A DNA stretch of 64,000 nucleotides from an uncultured Bacteroidales bacterium (lineage in GTDB: Bacteria > Bacteroidota > Bacteroidia > Bacteroidales > UBA10428). Under the pieces are notes generated by a model, which made no database searches, was not told the DNA's origin, and was given only the letters and a program-made list of their open reading frames with translations. Position numbers and translations under genes: made by a program. The stretch lies in the NCBI GenBank assembly GCA_964534745.1, contig CAZHQW010000004.1:25376-89375 (forward strand), written 5' to 3'. The stretch's first letter is position 1. Every line of letters begins with the position of its first letter. This document shows positions 50,270 through 59,094 of the stretch, in pieces.

Positions 50270-51352
50270 TTACATAAACAGGCCTGCATATTTTTCCGAC
50301 ACCGCTTTCCATCTGTATTTTTTAATTGCCGCCTCTTTCAGACTTTTCCCTTTTTCTTCCAGTTGCCGGACAGTCATGTTGTTAAGGAGGAGCACCAGGT
50401 CATCCTTGCTTTTAAAATAGAACGCCCGATTCATTGTTGTCACCCTGTTAAAAACGGCATCGTATGCTATTACAGGCCTTCCGGCATACATAGCTTCAAC
50501 GAGAGATGGATTGGTGCCGCCCGCGCTGTATCCGTGTATATATATCTCACATCCTGCACGAAGCGTATTAATTGTATCCGGATCATAAACAGGATCATAC
50601 ATTAGTATATTTTTATAGCACGCGAATTTTTTACGCAGACTTCTTCCGTATCCGCTGTTTTTCCAGTTACCGACAATAACAACATTCCTGGATAGTATTT
50701 CCGAAAATGCGCTCAATATTACATGTATATTATTCTCAGGCTCAATCCTCGAAACGGCCAGGGCATATTTTGTTGAGTCAGCGATATACCTTTTTATTAT
50801 ATCGTCTGCGGCTGGCAGCACAATAGCATGCTCTCCCCCGTATTCAATTAACCTCGGTTCTATATTATATTTATTTATGATATATGACCTGATGGCCTCG
50901 TTATCGGCAACTATCTCATCTGAGTATTTTATTGCCAGTGCTTCAGATAACTTAAGAAAAAGCTTCACAAGGGGATTCCATTTTGTCCTCTTCCACTCCA
51001 GTCCGTCAATATGGGCTATAATTTTCCCGGATGACAATAATTTTACAAGGGGCAGGAAAAGGCAGCCCGACACTCCGAGGATCAATAAAACATCAACTTT
51101 TCGTGCGGCATGAATAAGAGCCATCAAATCATAAATGATGCTTTGCGGTCCGTTAGGATTAACTGGAAGGTATATAAGTCTGGCATTGTATCGGTGAGCT
51201 GACCGTTCCCTTTTATTATACAGTCTCCTGCTGCAGTAAACAACAAATCTGAATTCCTTTTGCAAAGCGGTAACAAGATTCTGGACCAGTGTTTCAAATC
51301 CTCCGTAGCGTGGCGGTATGCCTGCCGAGCCTATGATGGCAACCTTTTTCAA
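50270..51352 (-). CDS. GT4-fold glycosyltransferase with DUF1972 N-terminus
   Basis: GIPPRYGGFET, DGLEWKR.KW, RIEPENN, GGTNPSLVEAM; TTG start. Confidence 0.88.
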   Translation of the reverse strand: MKKVAIIGSAGIPPRYGGFETLVQNLVTALQKEFRFVVYCSRRLYNKRERSAHRYNARLIYLPVNPNGPQSIIYDLMALIHAARKVDVLLILGVSGCLFLPLVKLLSSGKIIAHIDGLEWKRTKWNPLVKLFLKLSEALAIKYSDEIVADNEAIRSYIINKYNIEPRLIEYGGEHAIVLPAADDIIKRYIADSTKYALAVSRIEPENNIHVILSAFSEILSRNVVIVGNWKNSGYGRSLRKKFACYKNILMYDPVYDPDTINTLRAGCEIYIHGYSAGGTNPSLVEAMYAGRPVIAYDAVFNRVTTMNRAFYFKSKDDLVLLLNNMTVRQLEEKGKSLKEAAIKKYRWKAVSEKYAGLFM

Positions 51353-51476
51353 AATAGTGCAATATTTTTTTCAGAATTTAGAAACAATAAATTTACTGTT
51401 TTATTGCCAGACTATTAAACAATATAAACTGATCCATATTATTATAAAGGCGACATGAATTTAATATTTCAATTTG

Positions 51477-51484
51477 TATATTTG
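51477..51484 (+). promoter_or_regulatory. Bacteroidota -7 promoter box
   Basis: TATATTTG ending 16 nt before ATG 51501. Confidence 0.6.
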
Positions 51485-51500
51485 TACGTGTTACAAATTA

Positions 51501-51890
51501 ATGGATATGACTCTTGAAATAGGCGAGCAAAACCTTGACAAGTTCATCCTCATAGGAGACAGGATCCTAATAAAGCCCAAGTCACCGCAGGACCGGACCA
51601 AAACGGGGCTGTATCTGCCGCCGGGAGTGCAGGAGAATGAAAAGATATACAGCGGCTTTGTGCTCAAGGTCGGACCGGGCTATCCTATACCTGCCATAAA
51701 TGAAATTGATGAGCCATGGAAGAATAAAAGCGATGAGGTAAAATATGTCCCGTTGCAGCCTAAAGAAGGTGATCTGGCAATTTATCTCCAAAAAAGCGGC
51801 TGGGAGATTGAATTCAATAAGGAAAAGTATGTTGTTGTTCCCCATTCTGCAATACTGATGTTAATAAGAGATGAAGAATTATTCAAATAA
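51501..51890 (+). CDS. GroES-family co-chaperonin paralog
   Basis: GDRILIKP, TKTGLYLP, VLKVGPG, GD, ILM; long insertion; no groEL adjacent. Confidence 0.85.
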   Translation: MDMTLEIGEQNLDKFILIGDRILIKPKSPQDRTKTGLYLPPGVQENEKIYSGFVLKVGPGYPIPAINEIDEPWKNKSDEVKYVPLQPKEGDLAIYLQKSGWEIEFNKEKYVVVPHSAILMLIRDEELFK

Positions 51891-51900
51891 TTTTAAGTAT

Positions 51901-52647
51901 ATGAAAAAGTTCCTGTTTTTAATTATCCCCATGTTTATTTTTTTAGCCTGCAAGACTGAGAATGATGAAGACCTTAATCCCGAATACTCCGGAGACAGCA
52001 CTACTGTGGGTGATATTATTGCGTACTATATGCTTGATGGCAACGCCCTTGATTCAAGTAACAATGGCATTGACGGCATACTTTACGGCAATCCGCTTAT
52101 TACGGAGGACAGGTTTGGCAATCCTGGCGCTGCACTTTATTTTAACGGCAGTGATGATTATATGCTTGCTGAGGTTGGAAGCCATGATCCGATAGCAGTG
52201 TCATTATGGTTTGCCCATAAGAACAATGAAATGGGCAAAGCTTACGTGATCTTTGATTACGGTGACAATGCTTTCCGCGGAGAAGTTGATATGACATCAG
52301 GGGCTACAAAAACATTCGGTTATTATAATGACACTGCCGTAATTGAAATGTACAGTCCGAAAATGATTTGGGATAATGATATAATCTGGCACCACCTTTA
52401 TATTGATTCAGGAAGTGATACGACAAATCCCCGGTTATACATAGACGGGATGCTTGAGGGCATGCTTGATGAAAGGCAGGTTTTAAATATTGTATCTGAT
52501 CTGATATATTTCGGACGATCATTTGCAGGCGATTATACCAGTGCCACTTATTTTGACGGTAAGTTTGACGATATAAGAATCTATAAACGTGTTCTCAGAG
52601 AGGAGGAAATCCTTTCTTTGTTTGACAATTATAGTGCGGGGTATTGA
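51901..52647 (+). CDS. LamG/concanavalin A-like lipoprotein
   Basis: Lipobox FLAC, Y.LDGNA.D, DRFG....A.YFNG, WHHL, F.GK.DDIRIY.RVL. Confidence 0.82.
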   Translation: MKKFLFLIIPMFIFLACKTENDEDLNPEYSGDSTTVGDIIAYYMLDGNALDSSNNGIDGILYGNPLITEDRFGNPGAALYFNGSDDYMLAEVGSHDPIAVSLWFAHKNNEMGKAYVIFDYGDNAFRGEVDMTSGATKTFGYYNDTAVIEMYSPKMIWDNDIIWHHLYIDSGSDTTNPRLYIDGMLEGMLDERQVLNIVSDLIYFGRSFAGDYTSATYFDGKFDDIRIYKRVLREEEILSLFDNYSAGY

Positions 52648-52740
52648 ATCACTAAAAATAGCAGCGGATAATAAAGAGAACTTGCACCTGTTAAAAAAGC
52701 AGTAACCATGAAAAAATATTAATCACTTAAAACTGAAATT

Positions 52741-53505
52741 ATGATACGATATGCTTTGCTTTTTATTATTGTGCTTCCTGCCGGTATATTCTTTATGTCA
52801 TGTTCAAACAGACAGAAGGAAGCTTTCAGGGAGGTGGAAACCAAGGTTCACTCTGCAGTTGTACCTGACATCCAGACAGCGGAATGGGCTGTGGAATGGT
52901 GGATGCCTCGCCACGATTCTATTAACAAGCGACTGAAAGAAGGAAACGTTGATCTCCTTTTTATCGGTAATTCAATAACACACGGATGGGAAAATATAGG
53001 GATAGAATACTGGAACAAGTATTACGAGCCGCGTAATGCCGTAAATATGGGATTCGGGGGAGACAGAACACAGCATGTACTCTGGAGGCTTGAGCACTCA
53101 GACTTTACAAATATATCACCCAAACTTGCGGTACTCATGGTTGGCACCAACAACTCCAATGGCGATGATAATACGGCTGAAGAAATTGCCGACGGGATAA
53201 TAAAGATCTGCAAGATGCTGCGCACCGAGCTTCCTTCAACAAAAATACTCCTTCTTGCGATCTTCCCTAGGGATTCCATACCAACAGCACAGCGCCAGAA
53301 GAATGCCACTGCCAGCAAGCTGGCATCAGTAATTGCTGACAACAGAACAATATATTATCTCGATATAAACAGCCATTTTCTGACAAAAGACAGTATTCTG
53401 ACAAGGGATATAATGTACGATTACCTGCATCCTACTGAGAAAGGTTACCGCATCTGGGCAGAAGCAATGGAACCAAAAATTACAAAGCTTATGAAAAAGA
53501 TGTAA
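52741..53505 (+). CDS. SGNH/GDSL hydrolase lipoprotein (acetylesterase-like)
   Basis: GNSIT, GFGGD, GTNN, DYLHP blocks; lipobox FMSC. Confidence 0.88.
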   Translation: MIRYALLFIIVLPAGIFFMSCSNRQKEAFREVETKVHSAVVPDIQTAEWAVEWWMPRHDSINKRLKEGNVDLLFIGNSITHGWENIGIEYWNKYYEPRNAVNMGFGGDRTQHVLWRLEHSDFTNISPKLAVLMVGTNNSNGDDNTAEEIADGIIKICKMLRTELPSTKILLLAIFPRDSIPTAQRQKNATASKLASVIADNRTIYYLDINSHFLTKDSILTRDIMYDYLHPTEKGYRIWAEAMEPKITKLMKKM

Positions 53506-53615
53506 AATAGCATAATATTTACTAAATTAGTAATACTGAAAAGGCTTCGTTTAAGTGATTGCTTTCCGATACGATAACCCTGTCAAATGTATTGAAAAGG
53601 AGAGCCATATAGAGA

Positions 53616-56600
53616 ATGAAACGATTGGTTTTCATATTGATACTCATATCTATATTCCAGGGATTATTCTGCCAGGGAAGAAACTATCTTTTTACAAACA
53701 TTGACAAATCCCAGGGTCTTTCACATAACCACATCCAGACCTTTATGCGCGACAATAAAGGATTTATCTGGATAGGCACATGGGAGGGACTGTGCAGGTT
53801 TGACGGATACTCCTTCAAGATCTTTAAGAAGAATATAAATGACAGCAACTCAATAAGGGACAATATTATTAATGATCTCTTTGAAGATAATAGAGGCAAC
53901 ATCTGGATAGCGGCAGGCGACTATATGGAAGTTTTCGATCCGGAGACTGAAGTGTTTTCCCACCGCCAGACCCTCTTTAACAATCGCGTTACTGTGCCTG
54001 TAAGAAGCCGCTGGTATTGCGCTTATGATCAGAATAAAAACATTATATATGCAAATGACAGGGATGGCATATATAAATATATTGTATCGTCAGATTCATT
54101 ATTTAAGATTCATTTCCCGCATATAGACTCTTTAAAGACAGTATCTTATATTAATGTCGACAATAACGGAAGCCTGTGGATTGCCTGCACAAATTCGTAC
54201 CTCTACAAATTACACAGGGATAATTATCTTATTATTGACAGTGTGAAACTGATAAAGAAGTTTCATAACCTGTACCGGTTTTTCATCGACAGGGATAATG
54301 ATATCTGGATATTTGACAAGGATAATGCTTCCGGCATTATTTACTATGATACTGACAAAGATAAAGTCAGCTATTTTAATACGGAGTCAGAAAAATGCAG
54401 GCTTAATAATAATTCGATTACCGGTGTGATACAGGATGAAAGCGGATTAATATGGATATCTACCGACCATGGGGGAATAAACATTATAGATAAAAGTGAT
54501 TTCAGTATCAGGTATGTATTGAATAATCCGTTTAATGAAAGAAGCCTTGTTGACAATGCTATTACATGCATTTACAAGGATTACCAGAATTTTATCTGGG
54601 TAGGTTCATTTAAAAAAGGCATAAGTTATTATCACGAAAACCTGTTCAATTTTAATTTATATAAAATAAAGCTGGATAATGCCACAACATACGGGTATAA
54701 TGATATAGACAATTTCGCCGAGGACAGCAAGGGTAACCTGTGGATCGGCACAAACGGAGGAGGTTTAATATATTTCGACAGGAGTAACAACAGTTTCAGG
54801 CAGTACGTTCACGATCCTGAAAATTCTAACAGCCTAAGCGCCAATATAATAGTAGGAATGCTGATGGATAAGAACAACAGGTTATGGGCAGGCACCTATT
54901 TCGGAGGATTGAATATATATGAGAATGGAAGGTTCCAGCATCTCATGAATGTACCGGGCGATCCGACAACCATATCAGATGACAGGATATGGGATATATG
55001 CCAGGACAGCGACGGGAAAATATGGATTGGTACCCTGCTGGGAGGAGTTAATGTTATTGATCCGGTATCAAAAAAGGTCACCAAGCAATTCCTGGAGGAA
55101 GGTGATTCATCAATAAGGTCCGACCATGTATTTTCCGTTATCGAAGACAGGGACAGCCTGATGTGGTTTGCCACAATATACGGACTAAGGTCATATGATA
55201 AAAAAACAAAAAAATTCAGGTATTTCGAGCATGATGAGAAGAATCCCAACAGCCTTAGCAATAACTTCGTTTACGACGTTTACGAAGATTCAAGGGGATT
55301 TATCTGGGCCGGCACTACTGACGGTTTAAATATGTATGATAAAAAAACCAATAGCTTTAAAATTTTCAGGCAGGAAGAGGGACTGCCTTCAAACGTCATA
55401 CTCACAATTATTGAAGATAATAACCGCAACTTATGGATGAGCACTACAAACGGACTGTCAAATCTGGTTGTAACAGAGGACAGGACATCCGGAACATATA
55501 ACTTCAGATTCAAGAACTACGATGTCAATGACGGCCTGCAGAGCAATGAGTTCAATGAAAAAGCGGTATTTAAGACAAGCAGGGGTGAGTTGCTTTTCGG
55601 GGGGCCCAATGGTTTCAACCTGTTCGATCCTGATGATATTAAAGCCATAAACATCAATTCGGATATAGTATTCACGGATTTCCAGATATTCAATAAAAGC
55701 ATAACCAGCAAGGATATTATAAACGGCAAAAAGATACTGACCAGATCAATAACCTATACAGATGAAATAACGCTCAGCTATAAAGAAAATGTCTTTGCAA
55801 TTGAATTTGCCGATTTGAACTTCCTGCACCCCGAAAGGCGATTATATATTTACAAGCTCGAAAACTTCAACAAGGAATGGCTACTAACTGACGGCAGAAA
55901 CCGAAAAGCAACTTATACCAATCTTGATCCGGGTACCTATATTTTCAGGGTAAAAACAACAAATACCGACGAAACATGGGTTAACAGGGAAGCCCTGCTT
56001 ACAGTTAGCATTATGCCCCCCTGGTGGCAGACCCTCGCCTTTAAAGTACTTATTGTTGTTGCGGTTATATCGCTTTCCGTACTATTCTATTATAACCTTA
56101 AAATGCGATGGAAGAAACAACAGAAAATTCTTGAAAATGAAGTAACCAAGAGGACCTATGAATTATCGGAAGCATACACATTGCTTGAAAAAAGGCAAAA
56201 AGAAATAAGTGCACAGAACAAGGAACTGGAAACACACAGGAACAGGCTTGAGGAACTTGTCACAGAGCGTACTGGAGAGCTTGAAAAAGCACTGCTTAAA
56301 GCAGAAGAGTCAGACAGGCTCAAGTCAGCATTCCTGGCAAATATGTCGCATGAGATACGCACACCTCTTAATGCCATTGTCGGCTTCTCATCATTGCTTA
56401 AAAATGAGAATATCACAAAAAAACAAATACAGAATTATATTGATACAATTAATACAAACAGTGATTCATTGCTTATTTTAATAAATGATATTCTTGACCT
56501 CTCAAGAATAGAGGCGGACCAGCTTAAAATAAACAAGTCGGCTTTTAATGTTAACCAGATTCTTGAGGAACTGGAAAATTACTATAACCTGAGCAACGAT

Positions 56601-57449
56601 AATGCAATATCTATAACTTTCGTCAATAAGGATCATAAACAGAAATTATTAATATATAACGATCCGGTCAGGTTTAAGCAGGTGCTTTCAAATCTGCTTG
56701 ACAATGCCAAAAAATATACTGAGAAAGGATTTATAAGGTTCGGTTACAACTTAAAACCCGGCAATATCGAATTTTTTGTGTCTGACACAGGAATAGGGAT
56801 AAAAAAGTCAGATTTTGACAAGGTATTCAACCACTTTTACAAAATTGAAAACAACGGAAGAAAGATATACAGGGGAACCGGACTGGGACTGGCCATATGC
56901 AAAAGGCTGGTTAACCTTATGGGAGGAGAAATATGGCTGGAGTCTGAAGAGGGGAAAGGTAGTACGTTTTACTTTGGCCTGCCGCTGGCAACACTGGAGC
57001 AAGATAAGCGGAAGATTACAACATCGGGAAAACCCCACAAGCCGCTTGAAAGTTACAAAAAACTGGAGATCATAGTAGCTGAAGACGAACCCGACAATTT
57101 CAGCCTGATAAAAAGCATCCTGAAAAAATATCACGCCTCGGTGCTATGGGCCAAAAATGGTAAAGAAGCTGTCGAATACGTACGCTCATCAAGGAACAAA
57201 GGTAAAATGCTTGTCATTATGGACATCAAAATGCCTGTAATGAATGGCATTGACGCATTAAATGAAATAAGAAAACTTGACAGCAACATACCTGTCATCG
57301 CTGTCACTGCCTATGCCCACCAGGATGAGAAGTATGAGATACTCAAAAACTCTTTCAATGATTATATAATTAAACCTTTAAGACCTGAAATGCTTATTAA
57401 CAGCATCGAAAAAGTAATACATGGTAATGGCAAATCTCTTTACAACTAG
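53616..57449 (+). CDS. hybrid two-component sensor (beta-propeller, Y_Y_Y, TM, HisKA, HATPase, REC) without AraC domain
   Basis: Repeated W.GT..GG blades, YTNLDPGTY.FRVK, SHEIRTPLN, NLLDNAKKYT, GTGLG, REC at the C-terminus. Confidence 0.92.
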   Translation: MKRLVFILILISIFQGLFCQGRNYLFTNIDKSQGLSHNHIQTFMRDNKGFIWIGTWEGLCRFDGYSFKIFKKNINDSNSIRDNIINDLFEDNRGNIWIAAGDYMEVFDPETEVFSHRQTLFNNRVTVPVRSRWYCAYDQNKNIIYANDRDGIYKYIVSSDSLFKIHFPHIDSLKTVSYINVDNNGSLWIACTNSYLYKLHRDNYLIIDSVKLIKKFHNLYRFFIDRDNDIWIFDKDNASGIIYYDTDKDKVSYFNTESEKCRLNNNSITGVIQDESGLIWISTDHGGINIIDKSDFSIRYVLNNPFNERSLVDNAITCIYKDYQNFIWVGSFKKGISYYHENLFNFNLYKIKLDNATTYGYNDIDNFAEDSKGNLWIGTNGGGLIYFDRSNNSFRQYVHDPENSNSLSANIIVGMLMDKNNRLWAGTYFGGLNIYENGRFQHLMNVPGDPTTISDDRIWDICQDSDGKIWIGTLLGGVNVIDPVSKKVTKQFLEEGDSSIRSDHVFSVIEDRDSLMWFATIYGLRSYDKKTKKFRYFEHDEKNPNSLSNNFVYDVYEDSRGFIWAGTTDGLNMYDKKTNSFKIFRQEEGLPSNVILTIIEDNNRNLWMSTTNGLSNLVVTEDRTSGTYNFRFKNYDVNDGLQSNEFNEKAVFKTSRGELLFGGPNGFNLFDPDDIKAININSDIVFTDFQIFNKSITSKDIINGKKILTRSITYTDEITLSYKENVFAIEFADLNFLHPERRLYIYKLENFNKEWLLTDGRNRKATYTNLDPGTYIFRVKTTNTDETWVNREALLTVSIMPPWWQTLAFKVLIVVAVISLSVLFYYNLKMRWKKQQKILENEVTKRTYELSEAYTLLEKRQKEISAQNKELETHRNRLEELVTERTGELEKALLKAEESDRLKSAFLANMSHEIRTPLNAIVGFSSLLKNENITKKQIQNYIDTINTNSDSLLILINDILDLSRIEADQLKINKSAFNVNQILEELENYYNLSNDNAISITFVNKDHKQKLLIYNDPVRFKQVLSNLLDNAKKYTEKGFIRFGYNLKPGNIEFFVSDTGIGIKKSDFDKVFNHFYKIENNGRKIYRGTGLGLAICKRLVNLMGGEIWLESEEGKGSTFYFGLPLATLEQDKRKITTSGKPHKPLESYKKLEIIVAEDEPDNFSLIKSILKKYHASVLWAKNGKEAVEYVRSSRNKGKMLVIMDIKMPVMNGIDALNEIRKLDSNIPVIAVTAYAHQDEKYEILKNSFNDYIIKPLRPEMLINSIEKVIHGNGKSLYN

Positions 57450-57559
57450 TAAAATATCCCGTGCCACATCAATCGCCGATCCCTGCTTTTATTTACTGAA
57501 TTTGTGTAAAATTATTCTTAAATTGTGAATGATAAAACCAGCACTTCAAATTCAATATT

Positions 57560-59071
57560 ATGAAAAAAATAATAATTGCAGTTATACTGGCATTCACTTT
57601 TAACATGCTGCCGGCTGATGATAATATATGGGGAAGGATTGCCAATGAGGGATTTGAAAATGAACCTGTTAAAAGTGCCTATTTTTTTGCAGGCAACTGG
57701 AAGAACGGTGTTAAGTTCTATGAATTTGATGCCGTACCCAACACATCCCTCTATACAATTTACCCTTTGGATCCGACACATCTCGGGTGGTCGGAGAGTG
57801 AGGCCAACCGTGAATTTGCTGTCAACTCACTTATTTTAACCGGATTCAATGTTATTAATATGTCATACTGGGGTCCGGAAGGAACTGATAACTGGGCATA
57901 CTGGGCGCCTATGCAAACCTCTTCCCTCTCCCATGATGAGCTTTTTGACATAGCTGTGGATAAAAATATTCTTATCACTCCCTATATTGAATCCTATGCC
58001 GCAACAGACAGTTCGCCGGGCTTTTCGTTTATGGATGATTTTCCCGGGTCTGCCATTAATCCGGCACCCGGACTTGTAGCACATATCGAATACCTGATAG
58101 ACAGGTATCTTATTAATCCTGAAAATGAGGCATGGCCTGCAAAGTGGGCACAGATGTTCGATCAGGACGGTAAAAAAAGATATGTAATATCATTAATACA
58201 CGTTGCCTCCAACCAGGAGGAAATGAGCGATCAGATTTTTGCAGAGGGTTTTGATAATGTGGCGGAAAAAGTGCATGATGATACCGGTATTCTTGTAGGA
58301 TTCACCATTGATGCGTTGCCACGTTCAGAAAGCAATGCTCCCGGACTATTTAAGCCGTCAGCAGCAGCCACAGGACCATGGCTTTTTACCCGGTCATCGA
58401 TACTTGCTGTTTCATGCTTTATCCCCGAGATATGGACGGGAAAGAGTGATGAAGATTTTCTTCTTCAATGGAAAATGCAGTTTTCAGCCGGCTGGATAAA
58501 TACAGGAATACCTTTTATCCAGGATGTGTCCCCGGGCTATGATGCCCATATCGTTTTTCCCGGCTCAGTTATATATGGTAATAACAATGAGTGGAGAGAA
58601 GGACAGAGCATGATAGTAGACGAACTTAACAGCGAAGCCATAACTTTCAACACATGGAACGGCTACACCGAAGGTTTTGCAGGAATGCCCACAGCCGAAT
58701 ACGGAGACACAACCTATTACTGGATATGCGGATTACTGGGAGGTATCTGTGATGATACTGTCACAGGCATAAACAAACCTGTGAAGAATGGAGAGCCTTT
58801 TCTTTTCCAGGTCTTTCCCAATCCTTTTGGCAGCGATGTGTCAGTCCGTTATCATCTTAATGCCGCTTCACATATTTGCCTAAAAGTGTATGACTCACGT
58901 GGGAGTGAAGCTGGTGTTATTGAAGACTTGTTCAGACCGGCAGGGACATATATAACTCACTGGAATCCGCGGGGACTGCCGGACGGCATGTATTTCATAC
59001 GCCTGGATACGGAAAAACAATATTATGTCATGAAAGTATTACTTTTAAATAATAAATTGACTGCTTATTAG
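57560..59071 (+). CDS. secreted putative glycoside hydrolase (GH99/GH71-like barrel, tentative) with T9SS CTD
   Basis: Signal peptide; SPGYD and TFNTWNGYTEG motifs; CTD VFPNPF...GMYFIRL. Confidence 0.55.
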   Translation: MKKIIIAVILAFTFNMLPADDNIWGRIANEGFENEPVKSAYFFAGNWKNGVKFYEFDAVPNTSLYTIYPLDPTHLGWSESEANREFAVNSLILTGFNVINMSYWGPEGTDNWAYWAPMQTSSLSHDELFDIAVDKNILITPYIESYAATDSSPGFSFMDDFPGSAINPAPGLVAHIEYLIDRYLINPENEAWPAKWAQMFDQDGKKRYVISLIHVASNQEEMSDQIFAEGFDNVAEKVHDDTGILVGFTIDALPRSESNAPGLFKPSAAATGPWLFTRSSILAVSCFIPEIWTGKSDEDFLLQWKMQFSAGWINTGIPFIQDVSPGYDAHIVFPGSVIYGNNNEWREGQSMIVDELNSEAITFNTWNGYTEGFAGMPTAEYGDTTYYWICGLLGGICDDTVTGINKPVKNGEPFLFQVFPNPFGSDVSVRYHLNAASHICLKVYDSRGSEAGVIEDLFRPAGTYITHWNPRGLPDGMYFIRLDTEKQYYVMKVLLLNNKLTAY

Positions 59072-59094
59072 TTTGTTATTTACATTAAGGTTTA

